From a virus, in the UHGV virus genome UHGV-0242872: a DNA stretch of 45,782 nt. One strand, 5' to 3'. This document shows, in pieces, positions 28,057 through 35,809 of this stretch. The notes under the pieces were generated by a model, which saw only the letters and a program-made list of their open reading frames with translations, was not told where the DNA came from and did not search any database. Made by a program: the position numbers and the translations under genes. Positions within the stretch are counted from its first letter, which is position 1, and every line of letters begins with the position of its first letter.

Positions 28057-28284
28057 TTACTCGCCGTCGCCTTCTGTAAGGCTATCGTCTATTAATTCAA
28101 ATTTACCGTTTGAGTGTTGGATAGCTTCTTGCCCGCAATGGTCGCAAACCACCAGTTTATCGAATCCGTCAAACTCGTCCCCGACTACGCAAGAAAGTAC
28201 AAATTTATGTTTTGTACATACTTCTTGCGGTGCGCCGAAAATTGCGTGAAAACATTTAGTTATAGCTCCAGTGATTATGTTCAT
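28057..28284 (-). CDS. Cys-rich small protein (possible zinc-binding), first leftward early gene
   Basis: 75 aa, five Cys including CDHC; directly downstream of consensus promoter. Confidence 0.5.
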   Translation of the reverse strand: MNIITGAITKCFHAIFGAPQEVCTKHKFVLSCVVGDEFDGFDKLVVCDHCGQEAIQHSNGKFELIDDSLTEGDGE

Positions 28285-28312
28285 ATCTTCACCTCTCGTT
28301 TGGTATGGGTTA

Positions 28313-28341
28313 ACTATAATAGCGAACTATTCACATGTCAA
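28313..28341 (-). promoter_or_regulatory. consensus sigma70 promoter TTGACA-N17-TATAGT (leftward early)
   Basis: -35 at 28341-28336, -10 at 28318-28313; palindrome AATAG-cgaa-CTATT 28318-28331 in spacer. Confidence 0.7.
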
Positions 28342-28361
28342 TGGGCTTTTCTAAAATAATT

Positions 28362-28375
28362 AATATGGTACTATT
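28362..28375 (+). promoter_or_regulatory. imperfect operator-like palindrome overlapping a TACTAT -10 upstream of the Cro-like gene
   Basis: AATAT-ggta-CTATT with TACTAT at 28369-28374; candidate -35 is weak. Confidence 0.35.
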
Positions 28376-28405
28376 CACATATCAACTAACTAAGGAGTAG
28401 CTGAC

Positions 28406-28621
28406 ATGCAACCATCTGAACTAGGCATTCGTGTAGAACAACGCCGTAAAGAACTCGGCATCTCCCAGCGCCGTCTGGCTGTCCTGGCCGGTGTCTCCCA
28501 GGGCGCGATTAACCAGCTTGCACTTGGGGTAACTCAGGATGTCCGCCCGGCGACGCTGTTTAAACTGGCGGAAGTGCTTGAAGTAGACGCCAAGTGGTTG
28601 GCGTTAGGTGAAGGGGCTTAA
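28406..28621 (+). CDS. Cro/XRE-family HTH transcriptional regulator
   Basis: 71 aa with HTH ISQRRLAVLAGVSQGAINQL; AAGGAG SD; sits in a divergent promoter region. Confidence 0.8.
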   Translation: MQPSELGIRVEQRRKELGISQRRLAVLAGVSQGAINQLALGVTQDVRPATLFKLAEVLEVDAKWLALGEGA

Positions 28622-28639
28622 GCCCCTTTTCTTTTTATT
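28611..28639 (+). terminator. intrinsic terminator after Cro-like gene
   Basis: AAGGGGC-TTAA-GCCCCTT hairpin followed by TTCTTTTTATT. Confidence 0.75.
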
Positions 28640-28832
28640 GCACCTTTATCGGGTATCTTTTGCGAAACTTACCTAACCCGCAGTACACGCTGTAAGCCTC
28701 TGTGTAACTGAACACAACATGATACCCGCGCCCATAAGGAACTACGTTAAGAACTTCTACTACTTCGCCTCTGTGGTTGGTGTATTTATTACCTTTCAGT
28801 TCGTCGCTTACTTCTTTAAATTTACCGCTCAT
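28635..28832 (-). CDS. hypothetical protein (65 aa)
   Basis: ATGA coupling to primase-helicase. Confidence 0.45.
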   Translation of the reverse strand: MSGKFKEVSDELKGNKYTNHRGEVVEVLNVVPYGRGYHVVFSYTEAYSVYCGLGKFRKRYPIKVQ

Positions 28833-31081
28833 TCCAAATCCTCCTCTGTCACTGTCAACATTTCATTCGGTTCGTATATTGTCTTTGGAATCTTGTTATC
28901 AGTTATTCTGGTGTTCAGCCTGTAACGACCTGGGATTATCTGATTGTTTTCGTCAGTACCCGGAACAAGATACCCAGCCTCAACCATTTTCTTAATCTTC
29001 CCGCGTTCTATGGCTTCTTTGGAGTTAAACGCCTTTGCGTTGGGGTCTGACTGTGCGAGCTTATTCGCCGCGGCGACTGTGATGCCCTCGTTGCCGTTGT
29101 AGGTCCCCTCCGCCAGTTCAAACGCCGCGAGTATCGTGGCCTCGGAACTGTTGACGGCGTTCTCTATGGTTTTACGTACATTTTGTTTACCTTCGTTAGT
29201 TAACCCTTCTTCCCTCTCTTTCTCCTCGTCGGTCTTGAATGGCTCGAAGCCCCACGGCATCAATACAAGCGCCTTGTGCGGCTCAGGCAGGTCGAGGTTT
29301 ACTATTGTGCCGTATTCCTCTGTGCTACCGAGGAACTCAACCGCGCGGTACTCTTTCGGCGGCGGTGCTTCACGGAACTGTACAGACTCCAGTACCATGC
29401 CAACCGTCTTCTGTTGCGGACCGTGCTTAAATTTAGAGTGGTATACGTTTATCTGACGGTCGGTAGCGCGTTCGATTGTCAGTTCCACGTCGACACCCGC
29501 ATACAATGCTCCACTGCCGCGGGCTTTCTTTCCGCCCTTCGGAGTATGGTGAACGACACCGACAGCGGCTTTAGTTGCATCGCGCACTTCTTTCAGGATG
29601 GCGATAACTTTACCCATACCGATTGCCGTTGATGAACTGTTCTCGTCGAACTTATCAATCGTCAGGGCCAGCGTCTGGTTAAGGGTGTCGAAGGCAACCA
29701 TGCCAATAGGTTCATCCCCTGCGGTTTCGCGCATCCTGCGGATTAGAGCTGGAATTTTTTTATCACCATGCGTAGCGAGTATTTCGCCCATATCGATGAC
29801 ATGTACATAATCTTTACCTTCCTCGCCATATTTAGCCGCGAGTGCATCAATACGTGTTCGTGTAGCTGCACCACCCTCGCCGTCAATATAGAAATGGTGG
29901 CAACGTTGGGTGTCAGCCCCCGCAAACCGGTACACGGCGGCGCTCAGGTACATCATCCCCAGCGTATAGAATGATTTGTACGTGCCGGATTCCCCGACAA
30001 TATCCCAGATACAATCCGACGGCATGTACCCCTCAACGACGAAATCAGCCTTTACCGGTTCTGGTAACTCGTCCTCTTCTTCAAGGTCTTCCAGCGTGCA
30101 AGTTACAGGCTCCTCGTTCTCTGTGCGGTGCAGTTCTTCAATCTCTTCATCCGGTAAATCAGGCAGAGCCGCACGAATGCTGTTAATACTGATAGGTTGC
30201 TTGTCTACGTTAAGCTCGTCCGGAAGGCCGCACATACGCAGGGCCAAATGCTGTCGGCGGTTAAGCTCGGTGCAAGCGCCGTTGTTTGTATGCTGGCACA
30301 CAAAGCGCACTTCTTTACCATCAAGCATGATGCTTGTGGAGCCTTTGCCTGTATGCAGATGTTCGTTAGGGCATGGGACTTCGTACCCGCGCCCGGAAGA
30401 TAAAGCGTCAAGGCCAAGCTCGGCTTCGCAGAAATGCGCTATATCAGCGTTAAGCCCATACTCATCGGCGGCAAGTGTCTTAACTTCACGTTTACTCAAC
30501 TCCATCTCTTCGGCTTTCTTGATGTACCGCTCGGCACGGATAACACGCCCTTCTGTAACCGTTATCTTTGACTCTCTATGTGGCAGATAGATAAGGCGGT
30601 TGCCGTCTTCCGTGCAGTGGTCACGCAAGGCTTCATCTATTTCTAACTCTGCGCAAATAGCCCGTTGGACCATCCACGCGTCGTTAGAGTTAAACGGCGT
30701 GCGAGCCGGAACCAGAACGCGGAAGGCGTAATCACCGTTTTTACACACATGCTGATGCGATGCCGTTGTATGCAGAATATTGAAGAACGGTGCGTTCTTG
30801 AATTTGCGGGTAAGGTCGCGGTACTGAGTACGGTTGAGATGGTCAAAATCGAACTTAACCACACTGTCTTCCAGGATAGCGTTTTTACGGCGACCCCCAA
30901 CAGGCGCAATAGCTTTCTGCTTAATCTTGGCAGCGTCGTACTCTTCCTTAGACCACGACGGATCCACGGATAAACGCTTCGATGTATCGCAGACATATTC
31001 TACGAACTGCTCGAGCGGCATCTCACGCGCTACAGGGTTTTTATCGAATGTGTTGCGCAGCGTTGCAAAAACAATATTCAT
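28829..31081 (-). CDS. primase-helicase (zinc-ribbon plus RecA/DnaB-like ATPase)
   Basis: 750 aa; Cys/His cluster CPNEHLHTG...CQHTNNGAC; Walker A GESGTYKS; Walker B-like VAFDT. Confidence 0.8.
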   Translation of the reverse strand: MNIVFATLRNTFDKNPVAREMPLEQFVEYVCDTSKRLSVDPSWSKEEYDAAKIKQKAIAPVGGRRKNAILEDSVVKFDFDHLNRTQYRDLTRKFKNAPFFNILHTTASHQHVCKNGDYAFRVLVPARTPFNSNDAWMVQRAICAELEIDEALRDHCTEDGNRLIYLPHRESKITVTEGRVIRAERYIKKAEEMELSKREVKTLAADEYGLNADIAHFCEAELGLDALSSGRGYEVPCPNEHLHTGKGSTSIMLDGKEVRFVCQHTNNGACTELNRRQHLALRMCGLPDELNVDKQPISINSIRAALPDLPDEEIEELHRTENEEPVTCTLEDLEEEDELPEPVKADFVVEGYMPSDCIWDIVGESGTYKSFYTLGMMYLSAAVYRFAGADTQRCHHFYIDGEGGAATRTRIDALAAKYGEEGKDYVHVIDMGEILATHGDKKIPALIRRMRETAGDEPIGMVAFDTLNQTLALTIDKFDENSSSTAIGMGKVIAILKEVRDATKAAVGVVHHTPKGGKKARGSGALYAGVDVELTIERATDRQINVYHSKFKHGPQQKTVGMVLESVQFREAPPPKEYRAVEFLGSTEEYGTIVNLDLPEPHKALVLMPWGFEPFKTDEEKEREEGLTNEGKQNVRKTIENAVNSSEATILAAFELAEGTYNGNEGITVAAANKLAQSDPNAKAFNSKEAIERGKIKKMVEAGYLVPGTDENNQIIPGRYRLNTRITDNKIPKTIYEPNEMLTVTEEDLE

Positions 31082-31206
31082 TTCTTTTTCTCCGCACGTT
31101 CTAAGGCTTCCTGCATACGGCGCATTGCGCGGTTCATCTTTACCGGTGCGAAGAAGTCAGCGCCGTGTTTCTGGCGGCGTAGCTGTGGAACTATTAACTT
31201 TGTCAT
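31078..31206 (-). CDS. small basic protein (42 aa)
   Basis: ATG 31206 with AAGGA SD; stop overlaps helicase ATG (ATGA). Confidence 0.3.
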   Translation of the reverse strand: MTKLIVPQLRRQKHGADFFAPVKMNRAMRRMQEALERAEKKK

Positions 31207-31274
31207 TGTATAATCCTTATGCTTACTTTGATGATTTGTACTTTAGCCCCGACGTTCTGGCGTTGGGGTTTCTT

Positions 31275-31487
31275 TTACTTAACGCCCGCAATCCACGCAC
31301 GCTCCGAAGCGTAGAAACGACACTTACTTAAAGCCTCGATTGGCATCTTAATAATGCGTGTCGGTTCCAACAAATGATTAGGCTTACATATTTCCGCATA
31401 GAATCCGCTGTCAGTAATTTCCGACGCAAACTTAAACCAGTATTTAACTTTACAGTTTTCAAAGTAACAACCCATACGCCCAATCAT
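31275..31487 (-). CDS. hypothetical protein (70 aa)
   Basis: ATGA coupling to upstream HTH gene. Confidence 0.45.
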   Translation of the reverse strand: MIGRMGCYFENCKVKYWFKFASEITDSGFYAEICKPNHLLEPTRIIKMPIEALSKCRFYASERAWIAGVK

Positions 31488-31666
31488 TTCACGTTCTCCT
31501 TAATCCATGCTTCAACTTTATTACGGTCAAATGTTCCTGGTAAACGGCGACCCATAACCTTAATACAGCAATCAGGGAATTTACCGCTGCGCAACCAGTT
31601 ATTAATTGTTTGACGTGTCACCCCGATACGTTCAGCCACTTCATTCTGTGTCATGTAATGCTGCAT
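31484..31666 (-). CDS. AlpA/excisionase-like HTH DNA-binding protein
   Basis: ATG 31666 with AGGAG SD (track ORF extends to 31738); HTH TQNEVAERIGVTRQTINNWL. Confidence 0.6.
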   Translation of the reverse strand: MQHYMTQNEVAERIGVTRQTINNWLRSGKFPDCCIKVMGRRLPGTFDRNKVEAWIKENVK

Positions 31667-31697
31667 TTTTATATCTCCTGTTTGTTTGGTGAAAACG

Positions 31698-31726
31698 AGT
31701 ATAGGATAGCGTGAATGTAAAAGCAA
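31698..31726 (-). promoter_or_regulatory. sigma70-like promoter TTGCTT-N17-TATACT for primase-helicase operon
   Basis: minus-strand hexamers with 17-nt spacing upstream of the HTH gene. Confidence 0.5.
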
Positions 31727-31773
31727 CCAAAACACCACACAAAGTTACTAATATACAAAAGATGCTAATGGTA

Positions 31774-31802
31774 TTGACTTTTACTAAGAAATGTGCTAAG
31801 CT
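31774..31802 (+). promoter_or_regulatory. strong extended -10 promoter TTGACT-N17-TGcTAAGCT driving structured RNA copy 1
   Basis: -35 at 31774-31779, TG at 31794-31795, -10 at 31797-31802. Confidence 0.6.
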
Positions 31803-31808
31803 CCACCT

Positions 31809-31915
31809 GAGCTTGTGAAGTATGAACAAGCGACCGCGGTGCGGCAGGAAACGGAGCGGTGCGTCAGCACTGAGTGTAGTGTCGCTGCCTGCATTCGGAA
31901 GGGCCATAATCTATT
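31809..31915 (+). ncRNA. structured RNA element, copy 1 (function unknown; candidate antitermination or regulatory RNA)
   Basis: about 107 nt starting at predicted TSS; paralogous to 45138-45245; hairpin GCUUGU-N9-ACAAGC; compensatory base-pair changes between copies; no ORF. Confidence 0.45.
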
Positions 31916-32003
31916 GTAAATCCCGTCTAAATAACCCAAGTCACTAATAATTAAAAGTTTCTATAGTTGCCGTAAGCAAGGTAGAGAGTACTTCACTCCG
32001 CTG

Positions 32004-32023
32004 GGGTGGGCTAAAGCCCACCC
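32004..32023 (+). terminator. stable hairpin downstream of RNA copy 1 (possible attenuator)
   Basis: GGGTGGGC-TAAA-GCCCACCC, no canonical U-tract. Confidence 0.3.
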
Positions 32024-32082
32024 GCTGCGTTGCGTACTCTTTAAAGAAACAAAAGAATCACAACGGCAACGTAACTATTCTC

Positions 32083-32111
32083 TTGCACACCCCAACATAA
32101 TAGGATACTAT
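32083..32111 (+). promoter_or_regulatory. sigma70-like promoter TTGCAC-N17-TACTAT (rightward early)
   Basis: palindrome AATAG-gata-CTATT 32099-32112 overlaps the -10. Confidence 0.6.
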
Positions 32112-32145
32112 TCACTTATCGAAACGAGACAGAGGAGTGAGGGTT

Positions 32146-32331
32146 ATGTTTAAGAAGGGTCAGTTGGTTAAAACTAAACGCGGCGGACAGTACGTAATAG
32201 TTACCCAGAATGAGGATGAATATAGTACCGCTGTAGACGTATGGGGTCTTGTACGAAAGAAACATGGTTACGCTTTCAGAGATAATTTAACACTCATCGG
32301 CAACAATTTTAAATTCAAAGGGGTGAAGTGA
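32146..32331 (+). CDS. hypothetical early protein (61 aa)
   Basis: ATG 32146 with AGAGGAG SD (track ORF opens on GTG 32137). Confidence 0.45.
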   Translation: MFKKGQLVKTKRGGQYVIVTQNEDEYSTAVDVWGLVRKKHGYAFRDNLTLIGNNFKFKGVK

Positions 32332-32564
32332 TGCAAATCATAATTACAGATAACACCGTTATCTACGAAGAAGATGGTGATACTCTCGAGAAAATAGGCG
32401 TAAATGTGGGTGATGTTTTCAATGTACTGGATTCCTGTGAGGATGGCTGGTGGATTAAGACAGGAAGATACACAATCCCGGTAACTAAGGCAGAAGCGAA
32501 GGTATACACAACGGCATCTAATCATGATGCTCGTGCCGACGACTCTGAGGGAGGTTGCCGTTAA
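32331..32564 (+). CDS. hypothetical early protein (77 aa)
   Basis: ATG 32331 overlaps upstream stop; N-terminus MQIIITD, motif GVNVGDVF. Confidence 0.45.
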   Translation: MQIIITDNTVIYEEDGDTLEKIGVNVGDVFNVLDSCEDGWWIKTGRYTIPVTKAEAKVYTTASNHDARADDSEGGCR

Positions 32565-32719
32565 TGAAAATTCTAATAACTGACCGCAGGCTTATAGATT
32601 TCGGTATCTCGGTAGGTGATGTTTTTCTGGCGTTCAGCAGCAACCATTATGGTTTTATGATTGAGTACAAAGGGTCATTATTGTTCGTGTATCGGGATGA
32701 ATGCGAGGTTCTGGTATGA
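32564..32719 (+). CDS. hypothetical early protein (51 aa), paralog of 32331-32564
   Basis: GAGGGAGG SD; MKILITD...GISVGDVF shares N-terminal pattern with upstream gene. Confidence 0.35.
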   Translation: MKILITDRRLIDFGISVGDVFLAFSSNHYGFMIEYKGSLLFVYRDECEVLV

Positions 32720-32877
32720 GAGAAGCATTCGAACGGTGGGCCATCGTCGAGGGTCTGCCGGTTAATAAGGGTTCGAAGAAAGAGTACCTGAACGTTAAGA
32801 CGCGTCTCGCGTGGCGGGCGTGGAAAGCTGGTGCGAATGTAATGGCTGGCGCATTTGAGAAGAGAGGCGATTTATGA
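32716..32877 (+). CDS. hypothetical early protein (53 aa)
   Basis: ATGA overlaps on both ends; below track cutoff. Confidence 0.35.
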   Translation: MREAFERWAIVEGLPVNKGSKKEYLNVKTRLAWRAWKAGANVMAGAFEKRGDL

Positions 32878-33059
32878 GCAAGTGGATTAAGTGTAGTGAG
32901 CGGATGCCGGAGCCTTATGAATACGTTCTTGTAACTGATTGTTTTGTTGGCTGTGAGGTTATGCGTGTTAATTCAGATGGCTACTGGGGGCCTGCAAAGA
33001 GTTTATATCACGGTGATATAACGCACTGGATGCCGTTACCTGAGCCGCCGGAGGTGTGA
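32874..33059 (+). CDS. hypothetical protein (DUF551-like)
   Basis: 61 aa; WIKCSERMPEPYEYVLV pattern. Confidence 0.45.
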   Translation: MSKWIKCSERMPEPYEYVLVTDCFVGCEVMRVNSDGYWGPAKSLYHGDITHWMPLPEPPEV

Positions 33060-33206
33060 TGTTCAATAGTTTGGGATTTTACTGAGTGACTTACGCTGCT
33101 ACACAGCAGCGTATCATTTTTCTCATTTTTGTTCTATTTCACCAAACGCAACAATCGAAGCGACTATTGCAGGAGATGCAACAATACAGGCACCAATAAA
33201 ATTTAC

Positions 33207-33235
33207 TTGCACGCTAAGATAGAATAGGCTACTAT
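33207..33235 (+). promoter_or_regulatory. sigma70-like promoter TTGCAC-N17-TACTAT
   Basis: palindrome AATAG-gcta-CTATT 33223-33236 overlaps the -10. Confidence 0.6.
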
Positions 33236-33245
33236 TCATTTACAC

Positions 33246-33269
33246 AAACGAGAGGAGAGACAGAGATGG
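33246..33269 (+). repeat. 24-nt exact repeat AAACGAGAGGAGAGACAGAGATGG (shared translation-initiation region), copy 1
   Basis: identical to 33676-33699; each copy contains the SD and ATG of an early gene. Confidence 0.8.
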
Positions 33270-33415
33270 TTACTTTGATGATTATGGAATTCGAAAATAG
33301 CGCAGCAACTTATCGTGAGATGTCTATGGTGCAGGCGTACCACCTGGCATCAAACGGCAACTTCTACAAGGCTCAAATTATCAATGAGTTCGGGGTAATT
33401 GACTATGAATTTTAG
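33266..33415 (+). CDS. hypothetical early protein (49 aa)
   Basis: GAGGAGAGA SD; below track cutoff. Confidence 0.35.
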   Translation: MVTLMIMEFENSAATYREMSMVQAYHLASNGNFYKAQIINEFGVIDYEF

Positions 33416-33677
33416 CAGCTACACCGTGACCGTTGATTTTGAGGGGCTGGAGTTGGCCCTCCCTAACAACTACCGGTATATAACTCGCGACCGTTTCGGG
33501 TTTATTCAGGGGTGGAGGAACAAACCGACAGACACTGAGTTCGGGATGTCAGGCGGAGAAGAGTTACCGATCACGTTCGGGCATCAGAGCAGTAATGCAG
33601 AACTTAAAACTGTGATTCGTAAGTATCGCCGCCGTGGTAATACGGGACTTATAGCTGTAACAGGCGCTGTTGAATAA
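33405..33677 (+). CDS. hypothetical early protein (90 aa)
   Basis: ATG 33405 inside track ORF that opens on TTG 33399. Confidence 0.45.
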   Translation: MNFSSYTVTVDFEGLELALPNNYRYITRDRFGFIQGWRNKPTDTEFGMSGGEELPITFGHQSSNAELKTVIRKYRRRGNTGLIAVTGAVE

Positions 33678-33699
33678 ACGAGAGGAGAGACAGAGATGG
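33676..33699 (+). repeat. 24-nt exact repeat, copy 2
   Basis: identical to 33246-33269. Confidence 0.8.
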
Positions 33700-34286
33700 G
33701 TAACAAAAACGAAGTATTCGAGTACCTGATTGACCAACTACGGCAGCAGCTACCAGTCGCGGATGTAATGGGTGAAATCAAACGGTGGAGTATTGACCGT
33801 AGTATCGCGGGTCGCGGTAACTATACCGATGAAGAAAACGCCGTAATCGATGCTTACATTGGACTGGAGCACAACCCGTACACGCAGCAGTGCGAAGACC
33901 TGGCGCACGAGGTGCAGTCACTTAAGAATCAGTTACGTGACGCGTCGGAGCTGGTGGCTGAGTTACAGAGCGAGTTACAACATCAGATTGACCTGGCGGC
34001 AGGCGTGTATAGATGGTCTACCGCGCATTTCGACGAGAAAGGTAAAGTCTTCAAGGTCGAGAGTGGGGTTAAGACAGAGCAATCCGGTTGCCGGAAGGAA
34101 GATACCCAGGGATGCGAGCATGATTGGGTGCTAGATGAAAAAGGGGACTACTTCATTTGCGCTAAATGCGGTAAGCAAGAATCGGAATTGAGCGATTGCC
34201 AACACGCTAATACCGTCGGTTTGCGCAAAGGCTTTGCGCCGGGTTTTACTAAAAAGTGTCTTGATTGCGGGGCTAAACTGAAATGA
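33696..34286 (+). CDS. hypothetical protein with C-terminal Cys-rich zinc-finger-like region
   Basis: 196 aa; CAKCGK...CLDCGAK; same 24-nt translation-initiation region as 33266. Confidence 0.5.
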   Translation: MGNKNEVFEYLIDQLRQQLPVADVMGEIKRWSIDRSIAGRGNYTDEENAVIDAYIGLEHNPYTQQCEDLAHEVQSLKNQLRDASELVAELQSELQHQIDLAAGVYRWSTAHFDEKGKVFKVESGVKTEQSGCRKEDTQGCEHDWVLDEKGDYFICAKCGKQESELSDCQHANTVGLRKGFAPGFTKKCLDCGAKLK

Positions 34287-34486
34287 CCAGCATCTTATTT
34301 ATCTGGGTACTGTCCGCAGGCCAGATGCAACTAGCGGCATCAGAAACGTTTTACTCGATGGAGGCGTGCCAGTCAGCGGCACGCGCCGCTGAGAACGCGC
34401 ACTTTCTGTTTCAGGGTGACAAGCCCAACGATTCAGAGGTACGCGCTATCTGCTCACCTAAGCGACTTGGAAAACAGGAGAAATAA
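34283..34486 (+). CDS. small secreted/membrane protein
   Basis: 67 aa with hydrophobic N-terminus; ATGA coupling. Confidence 0.4.
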   Translation: MTSILFIWVLSAGQMQLAASETFYSMEACQSAARAAENAHFLFQGDKPNDSEVRAICSPKRLGKQEK

Positions 34487-34487
34487 C

Positions 34488-34691
34488 ATGGTACAGAGAT
34501 ATTCTAAGTATGGGTCCGACAACCATTTCATTGACCGCCACGGGAAGTGGGTTAAGTTTGAGGACTACCAGAATCTTGACCTAAAGCTGTTGGAAGTTGA
34601 AGCTGAGTTACAGAAATACAAAGACCAGTACCCTGATTACGTCGAGTGCGCGAACTGTGGGTCGGTTACACATGTGGAGGGGGTGGAGTGA
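34488..34691 (+). CDS. hypothetical protein (67 aa)
   Basis: ATG 34488 with AGGAG SD; N-terminus MVQRY. Confidence 0.45.
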   Translation: MVQRYSKYGSDNHFIDRHGKWVKFEDYQNLDLKLLEVEAELQKYKDQYPDYVECANCGSVTHVEGVE

Positions 34692-34870
34692 TGGTGCAGA
34701 GATATGAAAACGACCATGGCGATATGTTTCAGGTCGCCGGGGGTAATTGGGTTCGCTACGAAGACTACGCGGAGCTGGCGCGTAAACTGCGCGAGCTTGC
34801 TAAGCAGGTAGTAAACAGTCCGTGCGACTGGAAGACGGATGAATTAGCGCGCGAGATTCTGGACCTATGA
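34691..34870 (+). CDS. hypothetical protein (59 aa), paralog of 34488-34691
   Basis: ATG 34691 overlaps upstream stop; shares MVQRY and WV(K/R)(F/Y)EDY motifs with upstream gene. Confidence 0.45.
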   Translation: MVQRYENDHGDMFQVAGGNWVRYEDYAELARKLRELAKQVVNSPCDWKTDELAREILDL

Positions 34871-35160
34871 GCCTTGCAACTGACATCCTGAAACGGAGCG
34901 GCCTTGCGCCGCTGTCGCCGAGAGCGAACACACGAATATACAAGCGCCGCCGTAATGCGCTGTACCCTGAGATTCAGGCCAGACGCAAAGCAGTCCGCGC
35001 CTGCGGATTCCAGAACGGGAAGGCTGTGAATCTCGGTGAGTTTAAAACAAAGGAACGTGCGGCTATCACTAATCGGTTATTTAATTACTGGAAATCGCTG
35101 GGTTATGAAGATATTCCGACGAAACCACAGAGACGACAATACATCTGGCGTCATAAATAA
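34867..35160 (+). CDS. hypothetical basic protein
   Basis: 97 aa Arg/Lys-rich; ATGA coupling. Confidence 0.45.
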   Translation: MSLATDILKRSGLAPLSPRANTRIYKRRRNALYPEIQARRKAVRACGFQNGKAVNLGEFKTKERAAITNRLFNYWKSLGYEDIPTKPQRRQYIWRHK

Positions 35161-35235
35161 ACCGTTATTAAGATAATTCCTAACCGTGCTATCCTCCAGT
35201 TACTGCATACTTAATACGCACCTGGAGGATTCATC

Positions 35236-35544
35236 TTGGATAAATTTACTGAAACAGTGACAGGCTGGCTTCTCGCTGCCGCGCTAGCCGGAGGGGTAAT
35301 CGGACTACGACAACATAAGTCCGCTATTTCCGGCCCTATCGACGGATTCTGCTTTATTGCAACTGGCTTCACTTGCGCCGTATTTGGCGCGCCTCTCGCC
35401 GCTCAATGGTTCGGTATTACCGGAGAGCGCGAGATAGCTGGCCTCGGATTCATCATCGCAATTCTCTGGATGCCCATCTATTCCCGTCTCTCCGGTATCG
35501 TCGCCGGAGAATACATCGCACGTCGAGGAGGCACAGATGAATGA
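35236..35544 (+). CDS. putative holin
   Basis: TTG start with GGAGG SD; three predicted TM helices; directly upstream of endolysin. Confidence 0.5.
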   Translation: MDKFTETVTGWLLAAALAGGVIGLRQHKSAISGPIDGFCFIATGFTCAVFGAPLAAQWFGITGEREIAGLGFIIAILWMPIYSRLSGIVAGEYIARRGGTDE

Positions 35545-35809
35545 ATTATTCTGGTTCGGCGGTATGCTGGCAATCGGAGGCACATCGCTGTTTAATGTAT
35601 ATCACCCCAGCGTTGACGACGGACTATTCGGCCGGGTGCTCTATATCCTGACTGCTATTGTCTGCGCCGCCGGATGTATCCACCTGTTACAGGGCAGCAT
35701 GTCACCAACGCTGCCCGAGACATTAATCACATTAGTTGCGCTGCGTCAGATTCGTCAGGCGTGGCTGTCGTACGGAGGACATAAGCGTGTCTCGAAACAT
35801 TTCAGATAA
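35537..35809 (+). CDS. membrane protein (second holin or antiholin candidate)
   Basis: 90 aa with two hydrophobic helices; overlaps holin end and endolysin start. Confidence 0.4.
   Translation: MNELFWFGGMLAIGGTSLFNVYHPSVDDGLFGRVLYILTAIVCAAGCIHLLQGSMSPTLPETLITLVALRQIRQAWLSYGGHKRVSKHFR

Noticed and set aside
31840-31885. Possible hammerhead ribozyme in the structured RNA (CUGAGUG and GAAAC boxes)
   Set aside because: Conserved core residues CUGAUGA...GAAA are not matched in the required geometry; retained only as a structured RNA of unknown function.
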